Source of the DNA: Octopus sinensis
Lineage: Eukaryota
Assembly (NCBI RefSeq): GCF_006345805.1
Contig: NC_043003.1
Location: forward strand, 48,050,001 to 48,114,000
Reading direction: 5' to 3'
Length of the DNA: 64,000 bases
The position numbers and the translations under genes were made by a program. Numbering within the stretch: position 1 is the first letter of the stretch; each line of letters begins with the position of its first letter. Of the stretch, positions 24,986 to 38,220 are shown in pieces. Under the pieces are notes generated by a model. It saw only the letters and a program-made list of their open reading frames with translations. It was not told the origin of the DNA and ran no database searches.

Positions 24986-25914
24986 GCTACATATGGATGA
25001 TAATAGCTGTATAAAGAAGTGTCAATCACTTCAAATGGCTAGAGCTTGTGGAAAAGGAAGAAGACTACAAAGGTGATAGGCATTTTGCTGGGCTTGACAG
25101 GCTTATCCAACATAGTAAAAGTGAAGTCCTAAAAATATTAGGTTGACTATTAGACAGTTCTTTGGGTGGTTTTCTGTGAATCACTCAATAATAGTTACAC
25201 ATTTGATTCCCAGCTTGAATAATTTTCCTGATATATTATGCCAAGTATTCCTTCATAAATTTATTGAGCACTCAGTGTTAGAATATATGGAGAAATCAGG
25301 TATTATGTTGACTTAACATAGCTATGTAAAAGTCTTAAATTTATAGCATATTTATCTATAATACATTAAAAGTCAGTTTCAGTCTTGCTTGCTTGCTTGT
25401 AATGTTACTCAGTGAAACTGGTGCATATTGGGAAAATATTGTGAATTAAGTTTACTCTGAAATGTTAATATGAATCGAATGAAACTAATTTTGCATAAAT
25501 CGGCAAAGTAGTTTCCAAGATATTAGGGATTTTCAGGGTATAAATACCCAAAATGGTGCATAATGGGAAAATGTTCCAAAAATAATCTTCAACCTGAAAG
25601 GGAAGAAATTCTTATCCTTTTATTAGACAGTGAGTTGACAACAGAAAAAAAAAAAAAAAAAATTTTTTTGTTTTTACAATTTCTATTTTTGCTTTTCTTA
25701 AGCACCATATTTTAATCATTTACAAATATTTTTAAGTGAATGTGATTTCAAAAATGTAAGCTGTTTGTACAGTAAGTATGTATATTGTAGCTAAACAAAC
25801 AATATTTTATTGTTTTCTAAAATTATTTTCAAGTGAATACCATTACAAAAATATTTTTTGGCATATCAAAAAATATTCTAAAGTCGAAATGAATTTTAAA
25901 ATATGGTAGATATT

Positions 25915-26195
25915 TTTTGCCAAACTGCTAAATACCGTGGACGTAAACATACCAACATCAGTTGTCAAGTGAAGGTGGTGGTGGTGGTGGTGGGAACAAA
26001 CACAAACACACACACACACACACGCAAACACACACACATCAGGCTTCTTTCAGTCTCTGTTCACCAAATCCATTCACAAGGCTTTGGTTAGCCTGAGGCT
26101 ATAGTAGAAGACTCTTGCCCAAGGTGCCATGCAGTGGTACTGAACCTGGAACCATGTTGTTGGTAAGCAAGCTACTAACCACACAGCTATTCCTG
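25915..26195 (-). mobile_element. SINE family S1 copy
   Basis: Aligns with 59374-59856. Confidence 0.75.
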
Positions 26196-27619
26196 CACCT
26201 ATATGTTATCATATAACTTATTAGTTGTTCAGCATTACTTTTCCACCGATATATATGCGCGCGTGTGTGTGTGTGTGTGTACATTTTAGTGTTAATAACT
26301 TATATAAACACAATTACAGAAGTAAGGAGATGGGAAGATATACTTTTTCATTCCTGTTCATCATATGAACTATGATAATATGAATAGTGCCGATCTCAGC
26401 AAAGGAATAAACCATAAGAAATACATAACAGATTCTATGTTATAGTCCTATGTATTGCAAGTCTTCTGCAACAGTCATTTATTTTATAACATTGTGTGCA
26501 ACAATCAGGTACTTTAGTTTAAAGAAATTGAGACAAGTTTATATTTGGTACAACCAGCATAAGAAAATTAAAACCACTTTCTTATTCAGCATTCTATTTC
26601 ATTAACAACACACAACAAATGTGAAAGGATATTGGAATCAACACAATTTGGCTGATGTTGGATTAAAATTATGATTTTAGAGAAATGTTTATACTGATTT
26701 GTCAGAAGAAAGTACCATCATGTAGGGTACAATATAGAGAAAAGAAAAGAGGAAATTCTAACTACCTCATAGTGTTAAAAAGCACTATCCTGCAATGAAT
26801 TGAAATGAGTTTTCTGTAGTTGAGGCATAAAACAAAATATCTCTAAAACCACATTTTGATTTTTAAAAAAATATTAAAATTAGAATTTTGAAGAACGTTT
26901 TAGACAGTGTAGACTTTAATAACTGCTTTCTTTTTGTAAAAGTTACATACTCATAACCAATTAAGAAGCAGCTTTCTTTGTTATAGTATTAATCACTAGC
27001 CTGCACCTAATCTGTTCCCATCGAGCTTTTCCCACCTCTCATCGTCCTAACACCCATCTCTTAGAACTTTACTAATGTAGACTGTAAAAGTGCATCTGAT
27101 GTAAGGTCAACATTAGGAAAATTACATAATCTAGAAAATCGCTTTCATTCTAAGAATATTAGTGTAATTAAATACATTTTTTACTCAATTTCACTATTTG
27201 TCTTGTAAAGTCATACAGTTGTGTTATCACTGTATTAATTTTCTTTTTCAGAGACAGTTTTCAGGTTTGTGTTTTGAACATCAGATATTTAGGACTTGTT
27301 ACATTATATTTCTAATATAAAACTAAATTTTTTTCTGAAAATAACAAACGAAAAACATGAATCAAAATATTAATTCAAATGTATTATTTTAGATTTTCAA
27401 AGTGATAAAAGTGATAAAAACATTTTAACCAGAGCAAATCAAGTTACTTGCTGAAAAGGAGCTTCATGACAATACGTGATTCAGAAGAGAGGTAGGTGGG
27501 TGGTGAAAGGAGTTAGAAATTGGTGATGGTTTCAGAGTGGATCTTCAAGGTACAAGGTGAGTAGGAATGAGTAGAGTAAGGGTGCCAGAAGTAAGCGGGA
27601 GCAATTGTGGTTGCTTGAT

Positions 27620-27975
27620 TGGGTGGTGAGAGGCTTACTTCCCAACCACATGGTTCCAGGTTCAGTGTCATTGCATGGCACCTTTGGTAAGTGTCTTCTA
27701 CTATAGCCCCAGGCTGACCAAAGCCTTGTGAGTGGGTTTGGTAGACGGAAGCAACAAGAAGTCTATCGTATATAAATATATATACACACACACACACACA
27801 CCAACAGGTGTTGGTGCATTTGTATCCCTGTAACTTAACAGTTCGGCAAAAGAGACCAATAGAATAAGTACTAGGCTTGAAAAATAAGTCCTGGGGTTGA
27901 TTTGTTCAACCAAATCCCTTCCAGGCAGTACTCCAGCATGGCTGCAGTCCAATGACTGAAACAAGTAAAGGAATA
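27620..27975 (+). mobile_element. SINE family S1, near full-length older copy
   Basis: ccaaccacatggttccaggttcag...ttggtagacggaa...gactgaaacaagtaaa. Confidence 0.8.
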
Positions 27976-28745
27976 AAACAATGCACAGCAACGAATGTAT
28001 TAGAAAACTGAAACTTAACCTTCAGTACACTGCATTTGCTCTAGAATTGTTTCCCATACGACTGCCCTGTTACTACAGGGAGGGAAACTCATATAGTGAC
28101 ATGATGCATCAACAGTGTGCTAAAGGTTAAAAAAGTTAAATTTACAGATTGTGCTCTGCTAGCATAGCTCGTGGGGTCACTGAGGCACACAGGTTACTGT
28201 ACCACAAGGACTGGACCTTGTGGCGGCTACATCTACTGCAGCTCAAATATTGGATAACAAAAATGTCAAACATCAGTTGAAACATGCAAAAAGAGATGAC
28301 ATGATGGTGGTGGCAGTGGTGTCAGTGGTGGCATCATTTCAACATTCACTTCTTTATGCTGGCATGGGTTGGATGGAGTTTATTGAGATAGATTTTCTAT
28401 CGCTGGATGTCCATCCTGTCACCAACCCCCATCTGTTTCTAAGGAAGGTAATTACCCCCCCCCTCCATCCATGGTAAAACATTGCAAAATACTGGAAATG
28501 AATGACACTGCTTGTATGACATTAACATTCATTTACAACTATCAAGCTATATCAATACAAGGAAACATAAACACACATCCACACTGACAAACACTTGCAC
28601 ACGCAAACACAACAAACTTCTTTCAGTTTCTATTTATGAAATCCACTCACAAAGCTTTGGTTGTTTGGTTGTATGGTGTTATAGTTCAAGTAGTTAGGAA
28701 GCCAACTTCCTACCATATATCCATACCTGATAAATAATGAAATGA

Positions 28746-28962
28746 TTAACCCTTTCGTTAGTGTATTTATTTTGAGATGCTTTGTTTTCTTTTAATTAAT
28801 TTTAAATATAACAAAGGATTTAGTAAAATAACTTAATTATCATTAAGCCGGTGTTAAGAACATAAATTGTGACTAAGGTTTGGTTTAAGATTTTAAGAAA
28901 TCAAGACATTTGTACTACAGAGCTAGAGCTGGTTTCAGCCAGGTTGGTATCGAAAGGGTTAA
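28746..28962. mobile_element. Complete piggyBac-type MITE
   Basis: TTAA-CCCTTTCG ... CGAAAGGG-TTAA; same terminus as 18530-19620. Confidence 0.85.
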
Positions 28963-29644
28963 TAAACAAAATGAACATGTTATATAAAAAGAGATGACAT
29001 ATAAAAGTAGGTGAAATAAAAGTACAGTGAGTGGATGATGGATAGTAAACATGATATTACAGATGTAAAACTTAGTGAAATATAAGGAGAAATGAGAAAT
29101 AAGATCTGAGATTGCTGGACTTCCCAGGTGAGATGACACATGGTTGAAACACATGTCAAAGAGCGATATAAAATGTCATAGTATTTCCAGGTCACAATGT
29201 ACATAATGTGTGCGGAAATACTGTTACAACTCCAAGGTTAAAAGTTTTGTCTCTCTGATATATATAAACCGCAACTTATTTCCCACATTAAAAGGTAATG
29301 TCTGTAAATTCAGACAATAAACAGGTAATTAAATATCTGCTTTTCATCTTTTGTAGCTTAGAATGTTCGTGTGAAAATGTAGGGCGGACACCGTACAGAA
29401 AATTAAGTAGAAATAATGTATTTCAAAGGAACAACACAGAAATGTGGTTTGACATATGGATTAAAAAAAAAAGTTGGGAATGAATGGAAAAAAAAAAAAA
29501 ATCATATACAGAGAAAACTATATGTTTGTCTTAGATTTGCTCTCTTCTCTGAGAATTGAGGGGTTCACTTAGTAACAGTCTACCGATTGACAACATAAAA
29601 GATGGGACATTTTAAAATGCAGACTATATATATATATATATATA

Positions 29645-29815
29645 TATCATCATCATCGTTTAACGTCTGCTTTCCATGCTAGCATGGGTTAGATGATTTG
29701 ACTGAGGTCTGGCGAACCAGATGGTTGCACCAGACTCCAATCTGATCTGGCAGAGTTTCTACAGCTGGATGCCATTCCTAATGCCAACCATTCTGAGAGT
29801 GTAGTGGGTGCTATA
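29645..29815 (-). mobile_element. Short RTE 3' end embedded in (TA)n
   Basis: catcatcatcgtttaacgtctgctttccatgctagcatggg. Confidence 0.8.
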
Positions 29816-30239
29816 TATATATATATATATATATAAAACTCAACTTGTGTGTCTGTGTGTTTAACTTCCCGGCACATCTCCTCCTAGCCAATAAATTGTA
29901 GAACCACCAAAAATGGGTCACTTAATTGAACTGTGTTATTTCTGTTCTGAAATTCATCTCGCAAGTGCAAAAATCGATAATGTGTTTGTTTAGACCTTAT
30001 CCCATGCATTGAATAGTGAACTTTACTCAGTCAGCTGTTTGACGTGAACTGTGTTCACCAGGTGTGCAAGCATGCGTAAATTGCATGAAAAATAAAAAAT
30101 CAAGATATAAAAACGAATCACTGTAAACATTGTAGAAATTCGGCAAAGAAATGAATTTTCGGGATGTAGCCTGGAGGGTTTTTTCGTATTAATCGTTTGG
30201 ACTTTGTGAACACATACCAATTGTTTTCATAACATTTTT

Positions 30240-30471
30240 AACGCTTTGAATTAAATGTGACCATTTTGTGTTGAGTCTGCAGTTTGAATCACTTTAACCA
30301 AATTTTAGCAGGCCGGATTTTTGATCATCACGATACATCGCCAGCGACTCCCTGAAACTCTCCCCTGAAATCCCCATTGAGAAATCTATTATATATATAA
30401 TAATACTTTGAATGTGACTCCTGAGAAAGAGTAAAAGTAATTATCCGATGAACGACGGGTATTACTGCTAG

Positions 30472-30473
<2 letters not shown>
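30240..30473 (-). mobile_element. Helentron-like remnant
   Basis: Minus strand starts tactagcagtaatacccgtcgtt and later has aaatttggttaaa...ctgca, like the 56768-57803 copies. Confidence 0.4.
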
Positions 30474-30958
<485 letters not shown>

Positions 30959-31289
30959 CTCATCATCATCATCACTTAACGCCCACCCTCCTTGCAGGTG
31001 GGACTCAAAATTTTCTGCAGGTTGAGTAGCCTATCCTGCTCAAAAGGGTTGTTTAAGGATGATGAATGAAACACCCATGTTTCTGGAGGTGAAATATTCA
31101 AACCCCAAAGTATTTTTAACACATGGCTATGATGCTCCCCCATCACTCTTGCTCATGATCAGAGATGTATATATCCTTGCCTACAACGGAACATACTTGA
31201 TTGGTTAAGGCCAAGCAAGTGACAAGCAAATTTGTATTGAGCAAAATATTTGTTGTACCCTTCTTTTACACGAAGATTATTATTATTAT

Positions 31290-31680
31290 TGGTGGTGGAA
31301 GCACTCCGTCGGTTACGACAACGAGGGTTCCGGTTGATCCGATCAACGGAACAGCCTGCTCGTGAAATTAACGTGTAAGTGGCTGAGCACTCCACAGACA
31401 CATGCACCCTTAACGTAGTTCTCGGGGATATTCAGCGTGACACAGAGAGTGACAAGGCCGACCCTTTGAAATACAGGTACAACAGAAACAGGAAGTAAGA
31501 GTGAGAGAAAGTTGTGGTGAAAGAGTACAGCAGGGATCACCATCATCCCTGCCAGAGCGTCGTGGAGCTTTAGGTGTTTTCGCTCAATAAACACTCACAA
31601 CGCTCGGTCTGGAAATCGAAACCGCGATCCTATGACCGCGAGTCCGCTGCCCTAACTACTGGGCCATTGCGCCTCCACAT
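31290..31680 (-). mobile_element. Young tRNA-headed SINE sharing the S2 tail
   Basis: Head ggaggcgcaatggcccagtagttagggcagcggactc...ggtttcgatttcc with A/B-box-like motifs; CpG-rich; flanked by (TTA)n. Confidence 0.8.
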
Positions 31681-32414
31681 TATTATTATTATTATTATTA
31701 TTATTATCTGAGGTTCTGCGATCTAGGAAACATATGTAGCCTGGATTTTATTTACTCCATTCTCTAAATTTGGATTTTTATTTGCATACACAACAACATC
31801 AGTTGCTAAGCGTGAAGTATAAAATAACTTCTTTCAGTTTATCAAACTTTGATATGGGAAACATTTACAATCTTCTATGTCAATAAACTACTATCATATA
31901 TATATATATATATATTGATAGAAATGGTAAAGCAACAAAAGAATGAAAGAGACCTCGATATTATGTAAATAGAGGAATTTATCTGTAAAATTAATATGCG
32001 ACAATTATTTGGTAGCCATGATAAAACTCAGAGTTTCGGATGTCGGAGTGGAAATAATTGTCACATATTAATTTTACAGATATATATATGTAATATATGT
32101 ATATATATATATATCTGTAAAATTAATATGTGACAATTATTCGGTAGCCATGATAAAACTCCGGGTTTCCATCCCGACATCCGAAACTCAGAGTTTTATC
32201 ATAGTGAAACGAAAATAAACTTTGGAAACAGCAATGCCACCATAGGTTACATGGAAACAATGAACGTGTTTTCAAGGGAGATAATCAAAGAATGTAACAT
32301 TGTAATACTTCATGTAAAGGATCATTAAAAGACATCCATTTGTCTATATTTTATAAGGAAATACAGTCTCTCTCTCACATGCACATGCACACATACATAC
32401 AAAAAAGATGTATA

Positions 32415-33650
32415 CATACCCTGGCCAAAATAAGTTTAAGACCGATGATGACAGTTCTACTCCTTCATTAATTTATTTTAAATAAAACTGTATAAAATTG
32501 TTTTACTTTTTACAATTTATGTAGAATTTTTTTCTCTTTCAAATGATATAGGCTTTATATATCTTTCTACATGGACATGGAGTTCGACAAATGAGCACAA
32601 AAATCACTTGGAATGTTCTGTCATATTTCTTCAATAAAATTATATAATTGGGAAAAAGTTGTTGATTTTTAAGCATGAGCTCTTTTAGAACCATAATTCC
32701 ATAAATTCCTTATTGGATTCAACACCAGGCTCTGCAGAGGCCACTCAATAACCACCATATTATTGCACTCAAAATATTGCAAAACTTTCCAAAGCTTATG
32801 AATGGGATAATTGCCCTGCTGGAAAGTAGATCCTGGTGACATCTGATTATTTAAATATGGCAGCACATTTTCATTTACTAATTGCAGATAGCCTACACTG
32901 TTCAGTATGCCATGAACCTTAACTATTGGACCAACACCTAAGCTGCTGAACGTGGCCCATATCATTACCCCACCACCTCCTGCTTGTGCCATTATCTTGA
33001 CACATTTAGGATGGAATACTTCAGTTGGACGGTCTCTTACATAAGTCTTTCCATCTGATCCAAAGATGCAGAAGCGAGATTCATTTCTCCAAAGAAATTT
33101 TGACCAGTCTTCAGCTGTCCATTTAATATGGCTTTTAGCAAACTTAATCCACTTCCACTGGTTCATCTTAGAAATCATCAGCTTCTTTCAAGTGATCTGG
33201 TTGAACAGACCAAATTCTTTTAGGCAGTTTCTGACAGTTTGTGATGTAAAGCTGGTGTCAGTTTCATCAGATAATTGCTTGTGTTAGCATTCGATTACAT
33301 TCAGAGAGCATATGAATTTGCCGATCAATCTGTACTGCTGTTTTTCTTGAAGTATCCATTTTTTTGCCAAACTTTGTATTGGCCAGTGGCTTGGTAAAGC
33401 TTCCATGCTTGAACACAAGCCATTTTGCTGCATCTTAATTGCTTGCTTAATGCTCATGAAGGACATATTTTGCTGATGATCTTTGATCTAATAATTGGGC
33501 TGATACTATGATTCTTTCCCATAGCGAATTAATGTGTAACAATGTTCGATTATTAAACAAAACAGTGCAGTATGACCAGCCATTTGGTTTCTTAATTTGC
33601 ATAATCTTGGTACACCCTTAAACAAAATAATATTGGTACGGTCTTAAATA
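32415..33650 (-). mobile_element. Degenerate Tc1 transposon
   Basis: ORF 32669-33178: WSKFLWRNESRF, GGGGVMIWATFS, FQQGNYPIH, WPLQSLVLNPIRNLW (DD34E framework with decayed catalytic residues). Confidence 0.88.
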
Positions 33651-33659
33651 TAAATATAT

Positions 33660-34062
33660 ATATGGGACACAAAACTCCACTTGTGAAGACCTGTTGAGGC
33701 AAGTGAAAATAAAAATCGTAATCTCATACCAGTGCCGGTGGCACGTAAGAGAACTATCCAAACGTGGCCGTAGCCAGCGCCATCCAACTGGCCTCCGTGC
33801 TGTTGCCAGCTTCGTCTGGTCCCCGTGCCGGTGGCACGTAAAATGCACCAACCGATCATGGCCGTTTGCCAGCCTCGTCTGGCACGTAAAAAGCACCCAC
33901 TACACTCACGGAGTGGTTGAAGTTAGGATGGGCATCCAACTGTAGAAACACTGCCAGATCAGACTGGGCCTGGTGCAGCCTTCTGGCTTCCCAGACCGCA
34001 GTTGAACCGTCCAACCCATGCCAGCATGGAAAGCGGATGTTAAATAATGATGATGATGATAT
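33660..34062 (+). mobile_element. 5'-truncated RTE 3' UTR with (ATG)n tail
   Basis: Matches 51770-52310. Confidence 0.85.
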
Positions 34063-34261
34063 ACATATATATATACATAATACATATACATACATATATA
34101 TATATGTATATATATATACATATATATACACGTACATGCATACACATATATACATATATATATCTATATATACATATATATATACATACATATACATACA
34201 CATAACTATATACATAATATATATACATTCATATATATACATACATATATATACATACATT

Positions 34262-34297
<36 letters not shown>

Positions 34298-34419
34298 CAT
34301 ACATTTATATACATACATACATATATACATACATTTATATACATACATACATATATATATATATACATATACATGCATACATACATATATACACATACAT
34401 ACATATATATATATACATG

Positions 34420-34479
<60 letters not shown>

Positions 34480-34885
34480 AAGCACCATTCGAGTGTGATT
34501 GTTACCAGCATCGCCTTACTGGCACTTATGCTGGTGGTACGTGAAAAACAACATTCGAGCAACTGTGTTGGCAGTGCTGCTCCTGTGCAGGTGACATGTA
34601 AAAACACCATTTGAGTGTGGCTGTTGCCAGTACCGCTTGACTGGCTCTTGTGCCAGTGGCATGTAAAAGCACCCACTACACTCTCAGGGTGGTTGGCATT
34701 AGGAAAGGCATCCAGCTGTAGAAACAGCTGTAGATTAGACTGGATTAGATTAGCTGTAGAAACAGCTGTAGATTAGACTGGAGCCTGGTGCAGCCATCTG
34801 GCTCACCAATCCCCAGTTAAACCGTCCAACCCATGCCAGCATGGAAAGCAGACGTTAAACGATGATGATGATGGTGGTGATGATA
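34480..34885 (+). mobile_element. Older RTE 3' UTR fragment
   Basis: Same terminal block and (ATG)n tail. Confidence 0.75.
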
Positions 34886-35613
34886 TATATATACTACTAA
34901 TATAAAGATAAAAGTTTATTAATGAATTTTATCAGTGGCCAGCATATGAAAAATATGTTTTAAAGTGAAAATTATAAATACAATTATAAATAAGGGCAAA
35001 AGAAAATTTTCTTTGCCAATATGCTGAAAAATAGACACTAAATCATCTAACCACATAAAATATTCACTTATATTATTACATCATATGCCAAAATGAGGAA
35101 AGCAAACTAACAGAAATTCATAAAAATATATCTATACAGACACACTCACATCTATTTAATGGTAACTGTTGGAAAAGGAGTATTCAGTACCATAGTATTT
35201 GGGTTGAGTCAGTTTCTTGCTACTCTGAGTTTCACTTGTGAGTGTAAAGGGTCTTTGGGCAAGTTATGACATAACTTGTGATAAAATAATATATGTATGT
35301 GCTTGTTTGTTTATGTGAGTAGATATGTGTCAATTAGTGTGTGTGTGTGCATTTATTTATATGTGTGTAGATGTATGTGATTTTTATTTATATATATATT
35401 TATGTTGCGAAAAGCTGTTTTTTTTTGGAGGGCTGGGGTTAAACCAGCAATCAATACAAAACTAATATTTATTATTGTGGACAAAGAACTCAGTTCAGAA
35501 AAAATTTTTTTACATTTCAAAACATTTCTATGGTGTCTGTTGGTTTATGTATTTTCCCAGCATAAACCTATTTGTGAGACTAAGTCAACCAATTGTTACT
35601 GATTTGTATTTTT

Positions 35614-36660
35614 GGCACACATGAGAACCATCCGAACGTGGCCGTAGCCAGTTCCGCATCGACCGGCCTCCGTGCTGTGGGCACGTAACAAACACCATCC
35701 GATCATGGCCGTTCGCCAGCCTCATCTGGCACCTGTGTCGGTGGCACATAAAAACACCTTCCGAAGACCCGGCAAGTCTAGTCAGTCCACCTGTGCATAC
35801 CTTCCTTCTTGTGACACTTGTGAAGACCGGTTGAGGCAAGTGAAAATCAAATCAATCAAATCAAATCAAATCAAATCAAAATAGACAAAATAGATGAACA
35901 TCAATGGAATTTGTATCTTGTGGTACCAGTGCCTGTGGCACACAAGAAATCCATCAGTGCTGTAGTCAGTGCGGTGGGCACATGACAAACACCATCCGAT
36001 CGTGGCCGTTCGCCAGCCTCATCTAGCACCTGTGTCGGTGGCACATAAAAACACCATCCGAAGACCCGGCAAGACTAGTCAGGCCATAACCCATGGCCCC
36101 TACCTGGGACGTAGTCAGTCCACCTGTGCATACCTTCCTTCTTGTGACACTTGTGAAGACCTGTTGAGGCAAGTGAAAATCAAATCAAAACAAATCAAAA
36201 TAGATGAACATCAATGGAATTTGTATCTTGTGGTACCAGTGCCGGTGGCACACAATAAAACCATCCGAACGTGGCCGTAGCCAGTACCGCATCGACTGGC
36301 CTCCGTGCTGTGGGCACGTAACAAGCACCATCCGATCGTGGCCGTTTGCCAGCCTCATCTGGCACCTGTGTCGGTGGCACATAAAAACACCATCCGAGCG
36401 TGGCCGTCTGCCAGCCTCGTCTGGCACCTGTGTCGGTGGCACATAAAAACACCATCCGAGCGTGGCCGTTTGCCAGCCTCGTCTGGCACCTGTGTCGGTG
36501 GCATATAAAATCACCCACTACACTCTCGGAGTGGTTGGCGTTAGGAAGGGCATCCAGCTGTAGAAACACTGCCAGATCTGACTGGACTGGTGCAGCTTTC
36601 GGGCTCCCCAGACCCCAGCTGAACCGTCCAACCCATGCTAGCATGGAAAGCGGACGTTAA

Positions 36661-36689
<29 letters not shown>
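35614..36689 (+). mobile_element. Concatemeric RTE 3' UTR insertion, absent from the paralogous site at ~60720
   Basis: Repeated 3' UTR segments joined twice at ...cc|gaagacccggcaag; (ATG)n tail. Confidence 0.88.
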
Positions 36690-36692
<3 letters not shown>

Positions 36693-37809
36693 GTTGTCAA
36701 CTACTTTTCTACTTCTATTGACTTTCACCCACCTAGACTAGAGCAGAAACACACACACACACAGAGGCATACATAAGCATACATACTTGCTAAGAAAAGT
36801 GACAAGACAGAAAGAACTGTCACATTCCATATGCACAAACACACATACACACATATTTGAAGACAGTCATCAAACAAGTCAAAGATAGAAATATATTTAC
36901 ACATTATATGAGAAAGAGAGAGAGAAAGAGAAGAAAGAAAAACACCCATAAACAATGCTGATTGCACTATCTTTTTTTATAAAGAAGGGTGTGACTGAGA
37001 AAGATTTGTCTTTTCCAGTGCTTTTTTGTGAAATCAATTAGAAATGGAAAATAATGTTAATTAATAACTTTCATGTCACATGTTTGTCACACTTTTATGC
37101 TTTGTAAGAAGGGAAAATACACTCTCTTAAAAAAAAATTAAAATGAGAAAAATGGAATAATATCGCCATGGCTCATTTGAGGTTTCGGTAATGGTCTAGG
37201 TGTCGCTGTGTTAAAAGGTTCACTTTGCAGCTGGTTTCTGGTTCAATCCCTCTAGGTGCCACCTTAGACAGGTATTTTCTTTTAGAGTATTGGGGTGACC
37301 AAACCCCTATGTGTAGAATTTGAAAGACTGAAACTGTTTGGAAGCCTATCATATGGATTGTTCCCATTGTCAGTTGGTAGACTTGAACCCTCACCCAGTT
37401 TAGTAGCATTACATGGTCCTTGGATATTTTTTAAGATAGTCCATTCTGAAGCATGCATTTTGATCAGGCCCTCTCTCTAAATAAAACTTTCTCCTTTTCT
37501 TTCACCAAACTTAGTACCCTGAAAAGGGTGATGAATGCTGTCTTTCCTCCTCAAACTGTCATAATGTAAAAAATTTTCATCATCCTCTACTATCCAGTTT
37601 TCCATGCTTGCGTGGGTCAGATGGAATTTGTTGAGTCAGATTTTTCTGCAGCCCATCCGGTTGCCAATACTTACCTGTTTCCAAGCATGGTAATATTTCT
37701 CTTAGGTCAAACATTTTTCATGGAAGAGTGGAAAAAAACAACACTGCTTGTATGATGTTCATTTACAACCATTATGTGATGTTAGGACAAGTGTGCACAC
37801 CCACACATG

Positions 37810-38220
37810 AAGAATGAAGAGTAGATTGTATGATGCTTGTCTTAGAACTGCAATGCAGAGGACTTAAGGAAACTGGAAAGAAATGAAGTGAGCATTCTTC
37901 ATTGGATATACTAAGTGAGTATGCATGAAATAATTAGTACAAAGGTGCTGAGTGAAAAAAACTGGGTATAAGAGGTATCAGATGTGTTCAAGAAAGAAGA
38001 CTGCACTGGTATGGGTATGTGATACATATGGATGAGGACAGCTCAATAAAGAAATGCTATTTGCTTAACGTGGCTGGAACTTGTGGGAGAGGGAGACCCA
38101 GGAAGACACTAAATGAACTGGTTAAGGCTGACCTCAGGACTCTGAACCTGACAAATGAGATGACGAAGTACTGAGATCTCTGGTGATATGAGGGCCTCAT
38201 AAAGACTCATCACCCCACAG
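37810..38220 (+). mobile_element. Old RTE C-terminal ORF remnant
   Basis: RRLHWYG..MDED..KKC..GTCGRGRPRKT matches the end of ORF 49972-51702. Confidence 0.75.

Noticed and set aside
26951-27081. Minus-strand segment with good acceptor (ttttacag) and donor (gtatgt)
   Set aside because: Stops occur in all three frames; it could only be a UTR or non-coding exon, which the sequence alone cannot support.
29200-30470. CpG-containing stretch with GGGCGG, GCGGAA and CCAAT words as a promoter
   Set aside because: The motifs are short and expected by chance, part of the CpG signal is a Helentron-like remnant, and there is no transcript evidence.
31600-31680. tRNA-like sequences (also ~59790-59856 and ~24545-24720)
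   Set aside because: They are SINE heads continuing into SINE bodies, with no complete cloverleaf or terminator.
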